NCBI GenBank assembly: GCA_963663545.1
Contig: OY760505.1
Location: forward strand, 1,477,937 to 1,541,936
DNA: 64,000 nucleotides
Source of the DNA: Candidatus Delongbacteria bacterium
GTDB lineage: Bacteria; CAIWAD01
Direction: 5' to 3'
The translations under genes were made by a program, and so were the position numbers. Positions 48,540-57,905 of this stretch are shown in pieces; positions within the stretch are counted from its first letter, which is position 1, and the number at the start of each line of letters is the position of its first letter. The notes under the pieces are model-generated. The model was not told the DNA's origin. It worked only from the letters and a program-made list of their open reading frames with translations, and did not search any database.

Positions 48540-49676
48540 ATGCGTTTCAACACAACCGCCATTCATGCAGGCCAGCAGCCGGACCCCCACCACGGCGCGG
48601 TTTGCGTTCCTGTAATACAAAGCACGACGTTTGCCCAGCACGCTCCAGGAAAGCCCTTTGGCGACTATGACTACACTCGCGCTGGCAACCCGACGCGAAC
48701 CGCGTTGGAAACCAATCTGGCGGCGCTTGAGGGCGGAAGTCACTGTCGCGTGTTCTCTTCTGGCTTGTCGGCGCTCCAAGCCTTGACCACCCTTCTCAGC
48801 CAGGGCGATCACGCCATCTGCAGTCGCGACTGCTATGGCGGCACATGGCGGCTGCTGAGTCAGCTTGTATCACGCTGGGGAGTGGAGATCAGTTTTATCG
48901 ACACGACCCTTTTGGATTCTGTGATACAGGCCATCAGACCTACCACGAAATTGATCTTCGTCGAGACTCCCACTAATCCGCTGATGCGCCTATCGGATAT
49001 TGCCGCGCTGGCGGATTTGGCTCACGCGCACAACTTGCTGCTGGCAGTGGACAACACCTTCTCCACGCCCTACTTCCAGAGACCCCTGGAGCTTGGTGCG
49101 GACATTGTGTTACACTCCTGCACCAAGTACCTGGGCGGCCACAGCGATCTGCTGGCGGGCGCGCTGATCACGTCCTCGGCAAAACTGGATGAGGCCTTCT
49201 TCTTTGCGCAAAAGAGCATCGGTGCCGTTCCCGGGCCCTCCGATTGTGCACTGCTTCTTCGTTCCACCAAGACCCTGGGCGTGCGAATGGAACGTCACTA
49301 CGACAACGCCCTGCGCATCGCTCACTGGCTGCAGGAGCATGATGCCGTGACACACGTCTACTATCCCGGCCTGCCTGAGCATCCGCAGTTTGAGTTGGCT
49401 CACCGCCAGATGCGAGGCTTCGGAGGCATGCTTTCCTGCGAGCTGCGTGATACAGATACCGCCCTGCGTTTCTGCTCTTCGCTGCACTTGTTCACCCTGG
49501 CTGAAAGCCTTGGCGGAGTGGAGAGCCTGGTGAATCACCCCACCACCATGACTCATGCTTCGTTGCCACCCGCCTATCGCGCCGAGATTGGTCTGGGCGA
49601 CAACCTGGTGCGCTTGTCGGTGGGCATTGAAGATTTGGAGGATCTGTTGGAAGATCTTGCTGCTGCGCTTCAGTAG
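48540..49676 (+). CDS. Cys/Met-metabolism PLP enzyme (cystathionine gamma-lyase/gamma-synthase family)
   Basis: TKYLGGHSDLLAGAL PLP-Lys motif; about 380 aa. Confidence 0.75.
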   Translation: MRFNTTAIHAGQQPDPHHGAVCVPVIQSTTFAQHAPGKPFGDYDYTRAGNPTRTALETNLAALEGGSHCRVFSSGLSALQALTTLLSQGDHAICSRDCYGGTWRLLSQLVSRWGVEISFIDTTLLDSVIQAIRPTTKLIFVETPTNPLMRLSDIAALADLAHAHNLLLAVDNTFSTPYFQRPLELGADIVLHSCTKYLGGHSDLLAGALITSSAKLDEAFFFAQKSIGAVPGPSDCALLLRSTKTLGVRMERHYDNALRIAHWLQEHDAVTHVYYPGLPEHPQFELAHRQMRGFGGMLSCELRDTDTALRFCSSLHLFTLAESLGGVESLVNHPTTMTHASLPPAYRAEIGLGDNLVRLSVGIEDLEDLLEDLAAALQ

Positions 49677-49748
49677 CAGTTGTGATACAGACCGCGAAGG
49701 CCTGCGTTTGGTAAGTTGCCGCGGTTGATTCATTCCAAGGGAGACCAC

Positions 49749-50504
49749 ATGAGCGAGAATACCTGGAGTACCAAAATCACCAAGACCGGCGCGGGCGAAC
49801 TGCGCGTGCGCGGCTACGACATTACACAGATGATCGGCAAACTGAGTTTTGCCCAGATCGTATTCCTCATTCTTAAGGGCGAGCTGCCCACGGAAGCGGA
49901 GGCACGCATGATCGAAGGTATGCTGGTCAGCAGTATCGATCACGGCATCACACCGCCTTCCAACCTGGCGGCACGCACGGTAATGAGCGGTGGAAACAGC
50001 CTGAACACGGCTGTAGCAGCAGGCATCATGACCATTGGCGACAGCCACGGCGGCGCCATCGAGCAGTGCGCGCGCATACTGCAAGCAGCCGTCAGCGCCG
50101 GCAAGGATGCGCCTACTGTCGTTGAGGAAGCCAAGGCAGCCAAGCTGCGCATTCCCGGCTTCGGCCATCGCATTCACGCCCGCGATCCACGCACCGAGGC
50201 GCTCTTCGCGCTGGCGGACGAGTGTGGCTTCACCGGCCCGCACATCAAGCTGGCTCGCGGTATCATGGAAGAACTGGAGCGCGGCACGGACAAAAAGCTG
50301 CCCGTCAACGTCGACGGTGCCATTGCCGCCATCATCAGCGAGATGGGCTTCGATTGGCGCCTGGGCAAGGGCTTCTTCATCATCGCCCGTACGCCCGGCC
50401 TGGTGGCTCACGTCTTCGAGGAATGGACGACCCAGAAGCCGATGCGCAAGCTGGGTCCTCTTGGCGGTGTCTACGATGGAGCGCCGGATCGGGATCTGCC
50501 CTAG
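49749..50504 (+). CDS. Citrate synthase-like / citryl-CoA lyase family protein
   Basis: Citrate-synthase signature GFGHRIHARDPR; only about 250 aa, similar in size to the CCL domain. Confidence 0.5.
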   Translation: MSENTWSTKITKTGAGELRVRGYDITQMIGKLSFAQIVFLILKGELPTEAEARMIEGMLVSSIDHGITPPSNLAARTVMSGGNSLNTAVAAGIMTIGDSHGGAIEQCARILQAAVSAGKDAPTVVEEAKAAKLRIPGFGHRIHARDPRTEALFALADECGFTGPHIKLARGIMEELERGTDKKLPVNVDGAIAAIISEMGFDWRLGKGFFIIARTPGLVAHVFEEWTTQKPMRKLGPLGGVYDGAPDRDLP

Positions 50505-50534
50505 CAATCAGCTGGGCTGGGTAAGAATCACAAG

Positions 50535-50563
50535 CAAAGGGGCGCGCGAGCGCCCCTTGTTGT
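50535..50563. terminator. Bidirectional rho-independent terminator
   Basis: GGGGCGC-gcga-GCGCCCC hairpin with T-rich flanks on both strands. Confidence 0.6.
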
Positions 50564-50609
50564 AGACGATGAGTTTGTAGGATATCCCGCCCACTAAGTT
50601 CAGGCAGAA

Positions 50610-51578
50610 TCAGCGTTCTGCGATGCCGATGTGTATGGCTCTGGAATCAATTAATGTGTGATACATCTCCGCCATGTCCAATGGCAGAAAGCTTTGATCG
50701 ATCCGATCGTGCCAGCGTGATACACAGCGGGCGAATCGTGAGAACAGGTTCTCGATAGCTCGCGCATCCAGCGTCACACCTTTCATCGCCTGCTCAAAGT
50801 CTGAACGCCGCAATTTGCGTCTCTTCCCATTCAGCGTGAGCGCCAACTCCTCTTTATCCCCCTCGACAACAAGCGTGGAGGCGATCAGATCATAGGCAGG
50901 GCTTAGAGCATATCCGCGATCCGGGTCCTTGAACAGCGAGAAATTCTTCATGTGCATGTCGTTGTTCCCAGTGAGGTAGCTGAACACAACCTGCTCATAG
51001 AAGACAATCGCGTCGAAGCCGGGATTAGTGGAGTTCTGCACAATGGCTCGGGCAATCTGTTCGTAGGAACCGCGGTACTTGGCCTCAGTAAGTCGACCGG
51101 TCAGCTGGCACATATCCTCCATGTGATACATCCGTTTGCCTTCCCGATCAATCCGCCTTGTCAGGTAACACAGCTCACCGGAGGCCAGGCGAATCAGCGT
51201 ATGCGGCACTGTGCTTATTCCCGCGTCCTCAGCCAGATGCATGCTGAGGTCTTCCAACTCAGGAAGACTGCGATAGACCAAGCTGGGCGGCTTGAGAATA
51301 TAGCCACCCAGAACACCTACCAGAGTAAGCTTCTGATGTTGCGTCTTTGTATCACCAGACCCCATTCCCAGTGAGAGCTTGGCCTGAACACCGGGAATGG
51401 TGACTTGAGTTTGTATCACCTGAGTGGCAAGCTCGTGCATCTGATCAAGTGAGTATTCCAGAACGGGCTGCACCTTCTTGCCAAAGAACGCCCTGCTGCA
51501 TTTCGAATGGAAGTCGGTTTCGGTGACGTCCAAGTCCTGGTAACAGAACAAGCATTTCTTGTTACTCATCATCGCCAC
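50610..51578 (-). CDS. hipT: HipT-like kinase toxin (HipA C-terminal kinase domain) of a tripartite HipBST module
   Basis: HipA catalytic-loop-like NNDMHMKNFSLF, and SPAYDL; 322 aa lacking the HipA N-subdomain. Confidence 0.75.
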   Translation of the reverse strand: MAMMSNKKCLFCYQDLDVTETDFHSKCSRAFFGKKVQPVLEYSLDQMHELATQVIQTQVTIPGVQAKLSLGMGSGDTKTQHQKLTLVGVLGGYILKPPSLVYRSLPELEDLSMHLAEDAGISTVPHTLIRLASGELCYLTRRIDREGKRMYHMEDMCQLTGRLTEAKYRGSYEQIARAIVQNSTNPGFDAIVFYEQVVFSYLTGNNDMHMKNFSLFKDPDRGYALSPAYDLIASTLVVEGDKEELALTLNGKRRKLRRSDFEQAMKGVTLDARAIENLFSRFARCVSRWHDRIDQSFLPLDMAEMYHTLIDSRAIHIGIAER

Positions 51579-51894
51579 CTGGCATCGCTTCGATACTCAC
51601 GGCGCCAATGCAGTCCCGGCAAGTCACCAGCAGAAGTCCCATGCGATCACGCACATCCAGCTTCCAGTTTCGCTCAGCGATATCCAGCAGCCAGCCTTCG
51701 GGAATCAATCCATCGAAGAAGGAAAAGAGCACATTGCTGTGATACACTTCTTCCTGCAAGGGAAGTGTCAAGCTGACTGCCTCGGCCCTGGGTGTAGCTA
51801 AATACTCACTCGCATATTTGAAGTGGTAACCATTTTCATCCTCTACCAGCTCACCCGCTGGCAGACCGTGCATGAGTACTCTAGCGTTTCTCAT
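51562..51894 (-). CDS. hipS: HipS-like protein (stand-alone HipA N-terminal subdomain)
   Basis: 110 aa resembling the HipA N-terminal (couple_hipA) domain. It overlaps hipT by 17 nt. Confidence 0.65.
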   Translation of the reverse strand: MRNARVLMHGLPAGELVEDENGYHFKYASEYLATPRAEAVSLTLPLQEEVYHSNVLFSFFDGLIPEGWLLDIAERNWKLDVRDRMGLLLVTCRDCIGAVSIEAMPGGDDE

Positions 51895-52105
51895 TGATCA
51901 GCTCATCTCTATCCACCGGCACCTGCCCAAGTTTGTGCCCAAACAGCAAAAGCACCTGGTTCACCTTATCCATCCGCAATGTGGCCTTCTCGCTCTCCAA
52001 CTCGCGAAGAAATCGCAGACCAACACCTGCCTTGTCGGCCAAGCCCGGTTGTGTCAGGCCAAGCTCTTTGCGTCGTTCACGAACAAAACTGCCAAGTGAT
52101 TGCAT
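51881..52105 (-). CDS. hipB: HipB-like XRE-family HTH regulator
   Basis: 74 aa with HTH motif LGLTQPGLADKAGVGLRFLRELE. It overlaps hipS by 14 nt. Confidence 0.7.
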   Translation of the reverse strand: MQSLGSFVRERRKELGLTQPGLADKAGVGLRFLRELESEKATLRMDKVNQVLLLFGHKLGQVPVDRDELINEKR

Positions 52106-52114
52106 ACTGATAAT

Positions 52115-52234
52115 CCCCTTTCGGGTACGAATCTAGGGAATTACGACGAATTATACCTGCTCGGGTACGAAGTCACGACATATTGTAAGATATATCCCTA
52201 TCGGGTACAATTTCTAGTTCGCTCGGGCTGTTCT
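52115..52234. promoter_or_regulatory. Putative hipBST operator/promoter: three direct repeats yCnnTCGGGTACrAntc spaced exactly 40 bp apart, plus a fourth degenerate copy
   Basis: TCGGGTACGA at 52121 and 52161 and TCGGGTACAA at 52201, immediately upstream of the hipB start (52105). Confidence 0.5.
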
Positions 52235-52407
52235 GCGCCACAAGATCGGAAGGTCATTGCGGCTCAGTCTTTCGGGAGCTCGCATAGGTGCGTTGCAAAG
52301 TCTGTAGCTGGTTCGTTTTGATCCCGTTGAGTTCGCATAGGAAAGCACTACGCCGACGATCCCAGCTCCGAGATTCGGTTATAAATCTCTGAATAACAAC
52401 AGGTACC

Positions 52408-52675
52408 TACTTCAACACCATCGCCCTCGTCACTGCCTGCGAGTTCGCGCCGCGCAAGCTGAAGATGTAGTGCCCGCTTGCAAGACCCGATCCATCGAAG
52501 CTATAGTGATGTATGCCTGCCGGCTGATAGCCCAGGTGGCTTCGTCGCAGCTCCTGACCAAGTAGATTGTACACCGATAGCGATACATGCTGGGCCGACG
52601 CGAGCGCGTAGCTGAGAGTGGTGGACGGATTGAAGGGGTTCGGATAGACGCTGTGCAGTATAATGCCCGACGGAT
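52408..52675 (-). pseudogene. Orphan fragment of a T9SS cargo gene (C-terminal sorting domain only)
   Basis: Reverse-strand translation HPSGIILHSVYPNPFNPSTTLSYALASAQHVSLSVYNLLGQELRRSHLGYQPAGIHHYSFDGSGLASGHYIFSLRGANSQAVTRAMVLK*; it is preceded in frame by TAG and by AT/CA-rich non-coding DNA. Confidence 0.65.
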
Positions 52676-53434
52676 GCTAAGCAGTATTGTCTGATCTCCG
52701 GCTTAGCACTACTTCGGGCTACGAAATCCATCAACAACCCAACACACAGACTTAAGGCCAATATAAACAACGAAGTTCACCAAACAACAACCACCAATAA
52801 CAAAGCTAACAGAAAACAACGACGGCCACTTCAGCAGTCAATACCCCACTCCCGATTGTCGATCACGGAGTTCAGACTCGAAAGATTGTGGCGACTGTGA
52901 ATGATATAACTCATCGGATCCTTCTATTTGCAGCGTCCAATACACGAACGGTGAATATGAGCAATACGGTGTAGAGGAAACCTTGTAAAAAACGAATGAG
53001 GCTGACACGAGAATCTATAAAGCAGAAAACACTACAGCGATTCGCTGCAATCCGTTCAGTTCTCTATTGACCCACATTACGTCCTCCCATAAATGAGCTG
53101 TTTGATTGTTCGGTCCAAGGGATTGTGTTCCATAGTGATGATATTTCAGCACTTAAAAATACTACTCTGCAAAATCTGGGCAGATATCTGCTAACCCACC
53201 AATTGAATCATGCTAGCAATCACTGCGAGCTTGGCGAGATGTACTCTTGCTCTTCGCTTCTTTGGCGACCTGCGTGGCCAATGCTATGCGCTGAGTCAAG
53301 CAGACCTTTGCCGGTCTTGCGCATTCTTCTCATCCTCCTCGTCCAGAGGAGCAGCTCTTGAGCGGATCGGCGTTTCTCCGATACCGATACCGATCCAACT
53401 CGCAGAGTCGGCAGCGATACCGATCAAGGTAGGA

Positions 53435-53980
53435 TCAGTAGTTGTACTGCTCCAGCTGCTTCAGTTCCTCCAGGTAGAGCTGCTGCACATGGCCCGCCTG
53501 CTGCAGGATCTCCACCAGCCGCTCGGCTTGCTGCGGGTTCAAGCGCGGGTTGACCTTTTTGCTCGCACGCCGGTAGTCGGCCAGATCCAGCAGGAGTGCC
53601 GCCTGCTTGTTCTGCGAATTCACAAAGCCGAGGCGGATGCCCTGGAAGCCGTCGGTGGCTTCCACACGCCAATCGCCCAAAAGCTGGTCGGCAATCTCGT
53701 GGCCAGCCGCGACGCTGTCCAACAGCGCTACGCCCTTTTGCAACGCCTCCACCAGAAGCGGCAGATCGTAGGAAATGATGGCCGCCTGCACCTCGACACC
53801 AATCTCCGCGCCTTCGATCATCGCATTGCCCTCGGCATCCACAAAGGCGCGCAGGGTCACCTCAACAATGGACTCACGAATGGGCGAAAACCAATAGCCG
53901 CCGGTCTCGCCCGGAAGCTGTTTCATGCCCGCCAACACGGTGCTTGCCAAAAACAGAATCAGCGCAAGTGTGGTTCTCAT
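53435..53980 (-). CDS. Hypothetical secreted protein
   Basis: Signal peptide MRTTLALILFLASTVLAG; 181 aa. Confidence 0.45.
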   Translation of the reverse strand: MRTTLALILFLASTVLAGMKQLPGETGGYWFSPIRESIVEVTLRAFVDAEGNAMIEGAEIGVEVQAAIISYDLPLLVEALQKGVALLDSVAAGHEIADQLLGDWRVEATDGFQGIRLGFVNSQNKQAALLLDLADYRRASKKVNPRLNPQQAERLVEILQQAGHVQQLYLEELKQLEQYNY

Positions 53981-54190
53981 CTCCAGCTCCTTGGTTGTGA
54001 TAACAATATAGCGGCTCCCACACTCAAAGGAAGTGCGGAAGAGGGCGATGCGCAAACTCCGCCAACCGTGACACAAAAAGCAAGGTGGGAGATTCTCTCG
54101 GAAGCGGCTAAAACACTTGCCTCACAGGGTGGAGGATCGTTACTATCAGGGCACGCTCACAGCACCAGAGGATAGCAAGAGGAGGAAGCG

Positions 54191-54598
54191 ATGCTACGCG
54201 GGTCAGTTTTGGCAGCACTCCTGCTACTGTGTGTCACAGTTTGCCAGGCTTTTACTGTGTCACACATCAGACTCAACCATGAACTTCAGGCCATCGCCAT
54301 CGACAGTCTAGTCCAGCGTCTGGACCACAACCCCGTGCTACACTGCCATTGTCTGCGCGTTCAGCAAGAGCTGGAATTGCGTCACGAGCGCGGCGACTAT
54401 CGCGAGCTGATGGATCCCGTGCTGTTTGCACAGCGCATTGGCAAAGACGTGACACATCTGCTGATGAGTCGTCCCGTGCTGGATCAGCCCCTGCTGCTCT
54501 TCCGCCAGGAATTCATGCGCTATCAGCAACGGGAGCGGCATCCCGATCCCAGGGAGCTGGAATCCATCCTGGTGTTCGAGACACCACCGGAATCCTGA
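54191..54598 (+). CDS. Hypothetical small secreted protein
   Basis: Signal peptide MLRGSVLAALLLLCVTVCQA; 135 aa; followed by a terminator. Confidence 0.45.
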   Translation: MLRGSVLAALLLLCVTVCQAFTVSHIRLNHELQAIAIDSLVQRLDHNPVLHCHCLRVQQELELRHERGDYRELMDPVLFAQRIGKDVTHLLMSRPVLDQPLLLFRQEFMRYQQRERHPDPRELESILVFETPPES

Positions 54599-54625
54599 TC
54601 TGCATTTGTATCACAATTCAAGAGC

Positions 54626-54656
54626 AAAAAACCCGCCGGAAGGCGGGTTTCATTTT
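54626..54656. terminator. Bidirectional rho-independent terminator
   Basis: AAAAAA-CCCGCC-ggaa-GGCGGG-TTTCATTTT between convergent genes. Confidence 0.8.
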
Positions 54657-54673
54657 GTATCACAATCAATCGA

Positions 54674-55804
54674 TCAATGCAGTCGATAGCGCAGTGCGAG
54701 CCCCCAGCGTAGCACATAAAAATCCTTCAGCTCCGCCAGGCCCTCGTAGGGGCCTTCTGTAACACGCCACTCACGTTCAATCATGGGAGTCACGCTTAGC
54801 TGATCCAACACGTCCCAGCGCGCCGAAAAGGCCAGCAGGTAACGGCGATCGTGACGACCAGAATGAAGGGGATCATCCAGCTCCGTCATCTCGCTCTGAT
54901 ACCAGCGGTCGCGCAGTGTGAAATCCAGACCCAGCGGCAGCTCGCGCTTCCACCAGGATAGTGGCAGGTCGTAGCCAAGCGACAAGTTGTAGCGATCTTC
55001 TTCGTTGCTGCCATCACCGCCCTCGTCGTCCTCGCCGGGAAGAATGGGCGTGATACGCGTTGGATCGTAACCCACGTTGTCATTCACCGTATAGCGGTAC
55101 TCCACGGCCACATCCACGTCGGCCGGCATGCGCCAGGAGAATTCAGCGCCCAGCGACCAACTCTCGGTGTCGTACTCGGTGAACCACTCGTTGTACCAGG
55201 TGTCCTCCAGCATCCAGCTCAGCTCCAGTCCGGGACGCTGCAGCCAGGGGCCGAAGTCGTTAGCACGGGCACGGGCGCGAAGGCGGAACTGGTTGCTATC
55301 GAAAGTACAACCGCGTGTCTCGCCTGTATCACGGTCGTTGAACTGCCGCAGATAGAAATTGTCCAGATAGAGATAGCTGAAATCGACGCCCCAACCTGCA
55401 CGCGGACGCCATCCTGCTATCAGCTGACTGCTACTGTAGCCGTTGGCCGAGCTGGACTCGTACTGCACGAGCTTGCCGTACCAGTCGAATTCCAGGCGGC
55501 CGCGGCCCGCACGGGAACCGGTGACCTTCTGCAACCAGGCGGCCAGGCCCTCTTTCGAGTGCAACGGCAGGTTGTAGCCAGCGTGCACGCGGTGCTCGAA
55601 CTTGAGCGCGGCGGCGCCTTCCACGTCCGTCTGAAATCCGGGATCCGCATCCAGGCGATCCATCTCGCTGTCGGACAGACGCAGGACGTTGTCGTCGGCC
55701 AGTACCCGCTCCTCCAGATCCAGCGACCAGTCAATTCCGGCGGCCGTGAGTCGGGAAGCTAACAGGCTGAGGCACAGAAGCGGCAGCATCCTCTGCATGG
55801 GCAT
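54674..55804 (-). CDS. Putative outer-membrane beta-barrel protein (last gene of the PGA operon)
   Basis: Signal peptide, alternating aromatic/hydrophilic beta-strand pattern, C-terminal LRWGLALRYRLH. Confidence 0.45.
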   Translation of the reverse strand: MPMQRMLPLLCLSLLASRLTAAGIDWSLDLEERVLADDNVLRLSDSEMDRLDADPGFQTDVEGAAALKFEHRVHAGYNLPLHSKEGLAAWLQKVTGSRAGRGRLEFDWYGKLVQYESSSANGYSSSQLIAGWRPRAGWGVDFSYLYLDNFYLRQFNDRDTGETRGCTFDSNQFRLRARARANDFGPWLQRPGLELSWMLEDTWYNEWFTEYDTESWSLGAEFSWRMPADVDVAVEYRYTVNDNVGYDPTRITPILPGEDDEGGDGSNEEDRYNLSLGYDLPLSWWKRELPLGLDFTLRDRWYQSEMTELDDPLHSGRHDRRYLLAFSARWDVLDQLSVTPMIEREWRVTEGPYEGLAELKDFYVLRWGLALRYRLH

Positions 55805-56754
55805 CACTCGCTGTTTTTGAGACTGCTCCGCGGAATCAGACAACGCATGTTGACTTCACGTCCGCTGTCCTTGAACTGCAGCGTGTACTCGTGGCGTCCC
55901 TCGGGCACTTCGATGTAGAAGACGTCGCCCTTGCCGGGCACGCTGTCCCGTTTCTCGTCATATTCGGCCACATCGCTGCGCTGGCTCTCGAGCACGTAGG
56001 TGTTCTTCAGCTTGCCGTCTTCAAAGGCCTTGATCATGTAGCGCTGACGGCCACTCATGGTGGTGTTCCAGTCGAGACGGGCAATGACCTTCATGAAGGT
56101 CGGGCCGATCACGTTCACCTTGATGTCTTCGCCGGTGCGCAGCGCGTAATACGGAACGCTTGACTCGTGAACGACCACATTGCGAATGCCTTTGTGGATA
56201 TGCGGCACGATGTCAATGTTCTGACCACGCGGAATCGGGTTGACGTACTGTTTGCGCATGCGCAGATAGACGGTCTCGGCGGCGCCTTCGCCCAGTTCGA
56301 TGCGAACACGATGAGTTCCGGGACCAATTTTGATCACGTCGTCGCGGCTGACCGAAAGCTTGGCGCCTTCGCCCTGCAGGCGCGCCGTGCGCGAACGCGC
56401 GATGCTGTGCCGCAGTGTCTTGGCGTTTTCGCCATCCACCGTGTAAGTGAAGCTGTAGCGCTTGCCCTTTACCCGGCGCTCATAGGGAACGCGGCTGTAG
56501 ATTTTGATTTCCGCCGGGCCATTCAGTTCGAACTCGGCGGCGTGGGAAGCGTCCAGCTCATAGTAGCTGCGCACTTTGCCTTCCACCTCGACCTTCTGGC
56601 GACGGCTGTTCTGCGGGCGTAGGCTGGTCCAGGCCGCCAGCGCTTCTCCCGCCATCAACACCACGACCAGAGTCGCGACGAAAGCGGGGAGCAGGCGGCC
56701 AAAGCTTCGTGAGGTGGGATCAGAACTCGTTCTCTGCTTCATGGGAGAATCCAT
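55804..56754 (-). CDS. Hypothetical periplasmic or membrane-anchored protein
   Basis: 316 aa with an N-terminal TM/signal; tightly packed within the operon. Confidence 0.45.
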   Translation of the reverse strand: MDSPMKQRTSSDPTSRSFGRLLPAFVATLVVVLMAGEALAAWTSLRPQNSRRQKVEVEGKVRSYYELDASHAAEFELNGPAEIKIYSRVPYERRVKGKRYSFTYTVDGENAKTLRHSIARSRTARLQGEGAKLSVSRDDVIKIGPGTHRVRIELGEGAAETVYLRMRKQYVNPIPRGQNIDIVPHIHKGIRNVVVHESSVPYYALRTGEDIKVNVIGPTFMKVIARLDWNTTMSGRQRYMIKAFEDGKLKNTYVLESQRSDVAEYDEKRDSVPGKGDVFYIEVPEGRHEYTLQFKDSGREVNMRCLIPRSSLKNSE

Positions 56755-56762
56755 TCCTTAAC

Positions 56763-57905
56763 TCAAATCATGTCGTCGGGATCGGCATTCGCTTCGCGCA
56801 GCTGTTGCAGCCGCAGATCAAAACGAATGACCACCAGTACAAGCACCGTCATGATCAGCACGGCAACGAGCACAACACGCAGATCGTAACGCTCTGTGAC
56901 GAAAGTTGCACCATCGCCGGGCTCGGGAACCGCATTGAAGCGCAGGGGCAGACCATTGTCCTGCAGCAGCTTCTCAAAAAGGTGATTGCGGTACTTCAAG
57001 TTGATTACCGGCACGTTGTGGCGACTGAAGTAATGAATCACGCCCTCACGGGGATAATTCATCGGCTGAACGTGCTTGATGACACCCAGCGGAAGCAGCT
57101 GCCCATTCTCCACATGCCCCAAGCTGGCAACACCGCCGCCAATATTGAGGAAGGTGCCATAGCCGGCGGGCGAACCCTTGAGCTGCTCGGTGAACAAGTC
57201 AACGCGAATGCGAATGGCATCATCGACCGAAGGCGGGTTCAGATAGGGCACATCATTGCGCTCAACGGCCTGGCGCAAGAGCGCGCGGCCTTCGGGCGGC
57301 AGACTGCGACCGCGATCGTCCGCACCTCCGGCGCTGGCGGCGATGCTCTTGTAGTCGAAGAGCCCCGACTCACGCAGCGCGGCTTCCATGTCAAGCCAGG
57401 TGAAGAGCGGATCGGTGGCCCCGTACCAGGAGGAGCTGACCGAGGTAATGATCACCGGATCGATGCCCATTATCTTGCAGGCCGAGAATGCCGCCAGGTT
57501 CAGCGCGGGAAAGGAACCCGACACGCACATGGCCAACTTGTCGCCTCGCTCCAGGCCTGCATCGTAGAAGAGGTCGACCATCATCGCCGCTGTGTTGGGA
57601 TTGACCGTCATCAGCTTAGCAGCATGGTTGCCCTCGAGGGTGGTGATCAGCGTGTTCTTCTGGCCCACAAGCATAGTGGCGAAGGGATCGTTGATCTCGT
57701 CGGCAATGGCGGCTTCGGGCGCGGAACTCTCGCGCAGCACGTCCATGCCCTGCAGCATCAATTCCGCAGCCGCCAACTTCTCATCATAATGCGGCTGACG
57801 GGCGTCAACGCGACTGTACTCGGCCCAATTGTAGAGGCCGTACGCAACAATGGCCAGGACCAGCAAGGTCCAGTTGGACTTCAGACTAGGCTTAAACATG
57901 GGCAA
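56763..57905 (-). CDS. Poly-gamma-glutamate system protein (PgsA-substitute family, TIGR04332-like)
   Basis: 380 aa with N- and C-terminal TM segments; immediately downstream of pgsB and pgsC and overlapping them. Confidence 0.5.
   Translation of the reverse strand: MPMFKPSLKSNWTLLVLAIVAYGLYNWAEYSRVDARQPHYDEKLAAAELMLQGMDVLRESSAPEAAIADEINDPFATMLVGQKNTLITTLEGNHAAKLMTVNPNTAAMMVDLFYDAGLERGDKLAMCVSGSFPALNLAAFSACKIMGIDPVIITSVSSSWYGATDPLFTWLDMEAALRESGLFDYKSIAASAGGADDRGRSLPPEGRALLRQAVERNDVPYLNPPSVDDAIRIRVDLFTEQLKGSPAGYGTFLNIGGGVASLGHVENGQLLPLGVIKHVQPMNYPREGVIHYFSRHNVPVINLKYRNHLFEKLLQDNGLPLRFNAVPEPGDGATFVTERYDLRVVLVAVLIMTVLVLVVIRFDLRLQQLREANADPDDMI

Noticed and set aside
49110-50507. 465-aa minus-strand ORF
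   Set aside because: It is antisense to the cystathionine lyase and citrate-synthase-like genes, which have clear family motifs. It is an Ala/Gly/Gln-rich low-complexity translation.
53210-54175. 321-aa plus-strand ORF
   Set aside because: It is antisense to a minus-strand ORF that has a bona fide signal peptide. Its sequence is Leu/Arg/Gln/Ala-rich junk typical of high-GC shadow ORFs.
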